Shown here one piece after another: positions 58,537-64,000 of a stretch of 64,000 nucleotides of DNA (positions within the stretch are counted from its first letter, which is position 1; each line of letters opens with the position of its first letter). Under the pieces are notes generated by a model. The model ran no database searches, was not told the origin of the DNA, and was given only the letters and a program-made list of their open reading frames with translations. Source of the stretch: Polaromonas sp. (lineage in GTDB: Bacteria > Pseudomonadota > Gammaproteobacteria > Burkholderiales > Burkholderiaceae_C); the NCBI GenBank assembly GCA_030683705.1, contig JAUXPP010000118.1, positions 5,164 through 69,163 of the forward strand, read 5' to 3'. A program made the translations under genes and the position numbers.

Positions 58537-58961
58537 TGCCGCCGCCTTCCGTATCCGCTTCGGCGCCTTGCCCCTGCGGCCGAACCGGCCCGGCCAAGCA
58601 GGCGCTGAGGCTCGATGCCTGCTGCGGCCGTTTTATCAACGATGTCGAGGCCGCGCCGGACGCCGCGTCGCTGATGCGTTCGCGTTACACCGCCTTTGTG
58701 CTGGAGCGCGCCGACTACCTGCTCGCCACCTGGCACGCCAGCCGGCGCCCGCCGTCCATCAGTTTCGATGCCGGCGTGAAATGGCTGGGCCTGGAAGTGC
58801 GGCAACACCGCGTGCTGGACGCGACCCACGCCGAGGTCGACTTTGTCGCGCGCCAGAAAAGCCCCGGCCAGCCGGCGCTGCGTTTGCACGAACGCAGCCG
58901 CTTCGTGCGGGAGGGCGAGGGTGCCGGCCGTTGGTACTATGTGGATGGCGACCTCCTGTGA
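58536..58961 (+). CDS. YchJ family protein (SEC-C-like)
   Basis: CPCG..CC, LMRSRYTAF, YLLATWH, LHERSRF, WYYVDG; TGATG coupling. Confidence 0.9.
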   Translation: MPPPSVSASAPCPCGRTGPAKQALRLDACCGRFINDVEAAPDAASLMRSRYTAFVLERADYLLATWHASRRPPSISFDAGVKWLGLEVRQHRVLDATHAEVDFVARQKSPGQPALRLHERSRFVREGEGAGRWYYVDGDLL

Positions 58962-58963
58962 GT

Positions 58964-59026
58964 AATGCGTCAAATGGGTCCCTGGCCCTTTCTGGACAAG
59001 CGTGGAAAGCTATCAAATACGTAGCA
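58964..59026 (-). repeat. Family A REP-like repeat
   Basis: Reverse complement TGCTACGTATTTGATAGCTTTCCACGCTTGTCC..GGGCCAGGGACCCATTTG. Confidence 0.72.
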
Positions 59027-59036
59027 TGAAAGGAAT

Positions 59037-59702
59037 GTGGTGCTGAAATTCGATGCGGTGTTGTTCGACTGTGACGGTGTGCTGGTGGACAGCGAAACCA
59101 TCACCAACGGCGTGTTGCGCGACATGCTCGAAGAGATGGGCTGGACGCTCACGGCCGAAGAATGCATGCGCCTGTTCATCGGCAAGGCGGTGAAGGACGA
59201 GGCCGCGCTGATCGAGGCCAGGACCGGCCAGGCCCTGACCCGCGACTGGATGGACCGCTTCCGCGAGCGCCGCAACCTCGGCATCGAGGCCGGCGTCAAG
59301 CCGATACGCGGCGCGGTGGAGGCCGCCGCGGCCATCCATGCGCTGTATGCGGGCCGCATCGCCTGCGCCTCCGGCGCCGACCGTTACAAGGTCGAGCTGC
59401 AGATCGACAGGTGCGGACTCAGGCCCTACTTCGGGGACCGTGTCTTCAGCGGCCACGAGATGCCGCGCTCCAAACCGGCGCCCGATGTCTACCTGGCCGC
59501 GGCCGCGGCGCTGGGCGCGGACCCCAGGCGCTGCGCAGTGATCGAAGACACGGTGACCGGCGTGATGGCCGGCGTGGCGGCCGGGGCCACGGTTTTCGGC
59601 TACAGCCCGGCCGAGGCCGGCCACGATGCGCCGGCAGCCCTGCGCCAGGCCGGCGCCAGCCTGATCTTCACCGACATGGCCGGGTTGCCGGACATGCTGT
59701 GA
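59037..59702 (+). CDS. HAD superfamily hydrolase
   Basis: FDCDGVLVDSE, KPAPDVY, IEDTVTG. Confidence 0.92.
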   Translation: MVLKFDAVLFDCDGVLVDSETITNGVLRDMLEEMGWTLTAEECMRLFIGKAVKDEAALIEARTGQALTRDWMDRFRERRNLGIEAGVKPIRGAVEAAAAIHALYAGRIACASGADRYKVELQIDRCGLRPYFGDRVFSGHEMPRSKPAPDVYLAAAAALGADPRRCAVIEDTVTGVMAGVAAGATVFGYSPAEAGHDAPAALRQAGASLIFTDMAGLPDML

Positions 59703-59744
59703 ACACCTGCTTCACGGCTAGCGGCCGCCGACGGGCGTCTGGCC

Positions 59745-61784
59745 ATGACTGAGAGCGAGACCCGGGCGCGCACAGCCGTGCTGGCGCAGGCGCTGGAGAG
59801 CGACGATCCCCGGGGCGATCTGCTGAGCCTGGACGAGCGCAACACCGCCACACGGGCGGCGCTGGCTGCGCTTGGCGATGTCCCGGCGACGGGCCCGGCG
59901 GTGTCCGATGATCAGGTGGTCGCCACGCGTGCCAGACACCTGGTGGACCGGCTGGCGGCAAAACATCCGGCCCTGGGCGCATTGCAACGCCCGGGCGCGC
60001 TCTGGTCCGCGCTGGCGCTGGCGTGCCCGGTGCTGGCCTTGCTGGCAGGCATCGCCACCGACCGGATCGGCAATCCCTACCGGGTGGACCTGCTGTCTGC
60101 GCCCTTGTTGATCATCATCGGGTTCAACCTGCTGAGCTACTGCGTGCTTGCCGTTCTGGCCCTTCGGCAAAAGCCGCCGGCCCATGGGCCATGGCTGGCT
60201 TCGCTGCCGCAGCAAATCGACGCCTGGCGTTCGCGTCAGCGCGGGTCCGCCGCCCGGGTGATGGCGGGTTTTTATCAGCGCTGGCAGGTTCTGGCCGGCC
60301 ACCTGATGGTGGATCGCTGGAAAACCGTGCTGCACCTGTCTGCCGCCGCCTGGGGCGCCGGCATCGCCCTGTCGCTGGCAGGACGCGGCTTGTTCGTTCA
60401 GTACAAGGTCGGCTGGGAAAGCACCTTCTTGAGTGCCGGCACCGTCCACAGCCTGCTGGAACTGATTTTCTGGCTGCCGACCCGGGTGTTCGACCTCACA
60501 CCGCTGACCCTGGCCGAAGTGACGGCATTGCGCAATTTCCAGAACGACAGCGTGGCCGGTGCGCGCTGGGTCTGGTTGTACGTGGGGCTGACGGCCTTGC
60601 TGGTGATCCTGCCGCGGCTGCTGCTGGCCGCCTGGGCCGCAGCGCGCGCCCGCGCGGCGAGCCGCCAGTTGCGGGTGGACCTCTCGGCGCCGTATTTCCA
60701 GGCGGTGCTGGCTTCCATGCGCCGCGTCCGCCTGAAGATCGGTCTGGCCTTTGCCCAGGCCGTTACCCATGCGCAGTTTGTCAGCTGGGCGCGGCTGGTG
60801 GCGGACGATCCGCTGGCGCAGCAGCTGGCGATCTCGACGCCCGAGGGCGATTGGCTGCAGTGGGTGGAAGCGCCCGACGCCGCATCGCCGGTGGACTGTG
60901 TTTTGTCGATCGATACCGGGGAACTGCCTGACCAGCCCACGCCAGCGGCCTGGGCCGGCCGACCTACCGTGTTTGTTGCCGGCTACAAACTGGCGAACAG
61001 CTGGGAGTCATGGCCGGTGCTGACGCGGACGCTGGCCATCGCGACGGCTTCCGAAACCCATGCCGGGTGGGGCCGCCTCGAGGGTCGGCTGCAGCAGGTG
61101 CAGCAGCAGCGTTTTGAACACAGCATGGCCGCGGTCGCGGGCTGTTTGTCCAGAGTGGCGCTCGACATCCATGGCGGCACCCCGGTGAGCGCCATCGAGA
61201 CCGCGCTGGACGGGTTGTTTCTTGCCTTGCAGCAACTGCACCGCCTGGACCGGGCCACCGGTCTGGCCCTGGCGGGACAACTGGTGAAGTACAACGCCCC
61301 GCCTTCCGCCCTGGGGAAAAAATCGGCCACCGCCGCCGGCGCGGCCACCGGCGCGGGTGTGGGTGCAGCCGTGGATGCTTCTACGGGATTTCTGACGCTG
61401 GGCGCAGGTACCGCGGTGGGCGCGCTGCTGGGGGCCGGCATCGGCTGGATAGGCGCGCTGCGGCACAAGCAGGGTGTCGACGCCGACACGATGCAGCGCC
61501 TGACGGAAGCGGCCCTGCTGCTTTACATGGAGTGTTCCCACGCCGTTCGGGTGTATTCCGGAGCCGGCGGCGCCCGCAGCGACTGGCAAACCGCCATCAC
61601 CCGGGAAGTCGGGCAGCGCAAGGCGCGCCTGACGTCCCTGTGGTCCTTGAAAGACAGTGCCCTGGCGGGCCGCGTCGCGGCCGAGGCGGCGACGGTGCTG
61701 GGGGAAACCATGCAGTCCGTCTGGGCGACGCTGTACCCCGCCACCGTGCCTGTGGAGGTGGTGGCTCCGGCCACCGGTTCCTGA
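59745..61784 (+). CDS. DUF2868-like membrane domain fused to a DUF3482-like C-terminal domain
   Basis: RVDLL, YKVGWESTFL, VILPRL in the N-terminal half; GAGVGAAVD..TLGAG..GALLG in the C-terminal half. Family names from recall. Confidence 0.65.
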   Translation: MTESETRARTAVLAQALESDDPRGDLLSLDERNTATRAALAALGDVPATGPAVSDDQVVATRARHLVDRLAAKHPALGALQRPGALWSALALACPVLALLAGIATDRIGNPYRVDLLSAPLLIIIGFNLLSYCVLAVLALRQKPPAHGPWLASLPQQIDAWRSRQRGSAARVMAGFYQRWQVLAGHLMVDRWKTVLHLSAAAWGAGIALSLAGRGLFVQYKVGWESTFLSAGTVHSLLELIFWLPTRVFDLTPLTLAEVTALRNFQNDSVAGARWVWLYVGLTALLVILPRLLLAAWAAARARAASRQLRVDLSAPYFQAVLASMRRVRLKIGLAFAQAVTHAQFVSWARLVADDPLAQQLAISTPEGDWLQWVEAPDAASPVDCVLSIDTGELPDQPTPAAWAGRPTVFVAGYKLANSWESWPVLTRTLAIATASETHAGWGRLEGRLQQVQQQRFEHSMAAVAGCLSRVALDIHGGTPVSAIETALDGLFLALQQLHRLDRATGLALAGQLVKYNAPPSALGKKSATAAGAATGAGVGAAVDASTGFLTLGAGTAVGALLGAGIGWIGALRHKQGVDADTMQRLTEAALLLYMECSHAVRVYSGAGGARSDWQTAITREVGQRKARLTSLWSLKDSALAGRVAAEAATVLGETMQSVWATLYPATVPVEVVAPATGS

Positions 61785-61813
61785 GCGCCTGGCCTTCTCG
61801 CCCCCGCGGCGGG

Positions 61814-61877
61814 TTCATGCATCAAACAGGCCTCCAGCGCACGGCTGGCGTGCGTAGGCAGCTACTCAATTGATAGC
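61814..61877 (-). repeat. Family A REP-like repeat
   Basis: Reverse complement GCTATCAATTGAGTAGCTGCCTACGCACG..GCGCTGGAGGCCTGTTTGATGC. Confidence 0.78.
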
Positions 61878-61931
61878 GGCCTGAGGCCCGGAGAGCTCAG
61901 CCCGGACGCGACCCGGGAGCCCTGCCGGCGC

Positions 61932-63071
61932 TCAGTGCCTGAACTTCAGGTCTCGCGTGACGATGGCCAGGTCCACCGTGGTCATGCCGGTGTGGTCCCC
62001 GGGCTTGTAGCTGGCACGCATGCCCTCCGCCACGTCGAGCGCGCCGCTGGCCTGCAGGCCGCGCACGAAACTTTCGCGTGTCGGCTTGTCGCCGGCCAGT
62101 CGCAGTGCCATGACCAGCGCTTTCACGGTGGCGTAGCCTTCCAGGCTGCCGTAAGAAAACTCCTGGCCCGGCTTCTCGCGCGCGAACACCTCCTGGTATT
62201 CACGGGCGATCGCGCTTTTGCGTTCCCAGGGGCTGGGCATGACCTGCGAGAACACCATGCCGCGCGCGGCCTCCCCCAGGTGTTTGACCAGCTGTGCCGA
62301 GCCGGAGTTGACCCCGCTGAACGCCACTTTCAGGCCCATGGCCTGGGCGCTGCGAATCAGCTTTTCGTACATGCCGGTGCTGCCGTGGTTGATCACCAGC
62401 TGCGCGTTGACGCTGCCCAGGCGTTTGGCCATCTCCCCGATCTGCGCGTCGCTGATGTCCGACTTGAAGGGCAGTTCCGCCACCAGCGTCATGCCCAGTT
62501 CCCTGCACAGCAGCTTGATGTTCTCGAGGTGCTGCAGGCCGGTTTCACTGTCCGAGCGCACAAACGCCACGCGGGTCATGCCGGTCTTTTTGGCGTAGTC
62601 CAGCAGCGCGCGGAATTCCTCGCGGTGTTCGGCCCGCAGCGGAAACACCAGCGGCTGGTGCGGCCGGCGAAAGCCCGGCGAGCCGGCCATCGGGCCGAAG
62701 AAAGGCACGCCGGTTTCCACTGCGACCTTCATCACCGCGGTCGAGGGGCCGCCCTCGATCGAGCCGAACAGCACAAAGGCCTTGTCCGTGCCCACCAGCT
62801 GGCGTGCATTGGCCTCGGCCTGTGCCGGTTTGTTGTCGTCGTCCAGTGTCTTGAGGATGACGCTGCGGCCGAACACACCGCCGCGCTTGTTGGCCGACTG
62901 CAGGTAGGCCTGCGCCCCGGCCAGCACGGCCGTGCCGTAGTCGTTCTTGCCGCCCTGCAGGGTGATGGTCTGGCCGATCAGGATCTGGTTGGGGGTGATG
63001 CCGTCCACCGCATGAGCGGGCAGGGCCAACAGAAAAAACGTGGCCGCAAAGCCCGCGAAGCGATAGAACAT
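61932..63071 (-). CDS. ABC transporter substrate-binding protein (branched-chain amino acid binding fold), orphan
   Basis: Signal peptide ending AHA, ILIGQT, GGVFGR, LDDDN, SLEGY. Confidence 0.88.
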   Translation of the reverse strand: MFYRFAGFAATFFLLALPAHAVDGITPNQILIGQTITLQGGKNDYGTAVLAGAQAYLQSANKRGGVFGRSVILKTLDDDNKPAQAEANARQLVGTDKAFVLFGSIEGGPSTAVMKVAVETGVPFFGPMAGSPGFRRPHQPLVFPLRAEHREEFRALLDYAKKTGMTRVAFVRSDSETGLQHLENIKLLCRELGMTLVAELPFKSDISDAQIGEMAKRLGSVNAQLVINHGSTGMYEKLIRSAQAMGLKVAFSGVNSGSAQLVKHLGEAARGMVFSQVMPSPWERKSAIAREYQEVFAREKPGQEFSYGSLEGYATVKALVMALRLAGDKPTRESFVRGLQASGALDVAEGMRASYKPGDHTGMTTVDLAIVTRDLKFRH

Positions 63072-63181
63072 GAGGGATTCCCTGACAATTTCTTACATGT
63101 TAGGCGCGGGCACCACGCCGCCGCTTGATATGAGTCAACGCCGACCTTCTGGGGCGCTGCGCGCGGCGGGAGCCTCCCGGG

Positions 63182-63244
63182 TTGTACGTCAAATCGGGGA
63201 GCGGGCCAATGATGGCGTGCGTGAGTAGCTATAAAAACAATAGC
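63182..63244 (-). repeat. Family A REP-like repeat (diverged)
   Basis: Reverse complement GCTATTGTTTTTATAGCTACTCACGCACG..CCGATTTGACG. Confidence 0.65.
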
Positions 63245-63282
63245 GATTTGGCGCGATCCATGGGGCGACCCGGACCCTGCCC

Positions 63283-63369
63283 GTCATCCCGGACGCGATC
63301 CGGGATCCATGCGTGCGCTCCGCCGCCGCTGGTTCGTGGCCATGGATGGCGGATCCGGTCCGCCATGAC
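63283..63369. repeat. Family C paired palindromic element
   Basis: GTCATCCCGGACGCGATCCGGGATCCATG..CATGGATGGCGGATCCGGTCCGCCATGAC, between convergent-free gene ends; same layout as 49856-49926. Confidence 0.8.
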
Positions 63370-63391
63370 AAACGCGTAAGACGAGGCGAGA

Positions 63392-63922
63392 TCAGGCCGG
63401 AACGTAGCGCAACCTGATCACATCCCCGCCCATCGGGTCATGGGCCACCAGGCGCAGCGGCGGCCGGGGTCCGGCGAAGTAGGGCCTGCCCTGGCCCAGC
63501 ACGACGGGGTGCAGGTAGATGCGGTACTCGTCGATCAGGCCCAGCGCGGTCAGGCTGTGCGCCAGCTCGGTGCCGGCGACTTCGATCTCGCCCTCCGGCC
63601 CGGCCTTCAGCGCGCGCATCGCGGCCCCCAGGTCGCCTTGAACCAGGGTGGCATTGGGGCCGACCGAGCGCAGGGTGCGCGAGACCACCCACTTGGGTTG
63701 CCTGCGCCAGGCCGCCGCGAAGGCACGTCTGTCCTCATCCCATTCAGGGTGATCGTCATCCCAGTAAGACATGATCTCGTACATCTTGCGGCCGTACACG
63801 CTGCCCGCCTGTCCTTCAGCTTCCTTGATGAAGTGGCGGAACAGCGCGGGACCGGGCGCAAACGCCATATGGTCGACATAACCGTCCAGCGACTGGTTCA
63901 TTCCGAACACGAGCTTGGCCAT
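63392..63922 (-). CDS. Dihydrofolate reductase-like (RibD C-terminal) protein
   Basis: QSLDGY, GRKMYE, KWVVSRTL, LIDEYRIYLHPVVLGQG; start at ATG 63922 after AAGGAAAGGA. Confidence 0.9.
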   Translation of the reverse strand: MAKLVFGMNQSLDGYVDHMAFAPGPALFRHFIKEAEGQAGSVYGRKMYEIMSYWDDDHPEWDEDRRAFAAAWRRQPKWVVSRTLRSVGPNATLVQGDLGAAMRALKAGPEGEIEVAGTELAHSLTALGLIDEYRIYLHPVVLGQGRPYFAGPRPPLRLVAHDPMGGDVIRLRYVPA

Positions 63923-64000
63923 GGCTACTTTCCTTTCCTTGATAGCCCGGTTTATAGCCTGCCTGGGCATCCCGGGGGCGCCCCTGCCTTGTTTTTTCCC

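Overview
GC-rich betaproteobacterial chromosome segment, most likely Comamonadaceae (inferred from gene order and repeat families). It holds about 53 genes; no rRNA, tRNA, CRISPR array, transposase or integrase was seen. Housekeeping blocks are hppD-phhA, corC-lnt, glyQ-glyS-gmhB-plsC and a LiuR-controlled leucine/acyl-CoA catabolism cluster (liuR, ivd, can, aceK, thiolase). The most unusual part is a ~17 kb signalling/protease island (3.4-20.3 kb). It contains three class III nucleotide-cyclase domains, a cNMP-binding Crp regulator with a perfect TGTGA-N6-TCACA site upstream, a STAND-type ATPase and a cytoplasmic protealysin-like M4 protease. It also contains a tightly coupled minus-strand operon: cyclase-TPR sensor, then a vanadium-haloperoxidase/PAP2-like enzyme with an N-terminal (Ala-Gly-Tyr)x12 repeat whose codons vary only synonymously, then a cytoplasmic subtilisin-like protease. 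An unknown protein and a SAM methyltransferase follow. This operon is the best candidate for an undescribed system. Also notable are palindromic repeats translated in-frame inside three genes (phhA, an acyl-CoA dehydrogenase, a GMC oxidoreductase), a His-to-Asp pseudo-histidine kinase and an orphan flavin-dependent halogenase.
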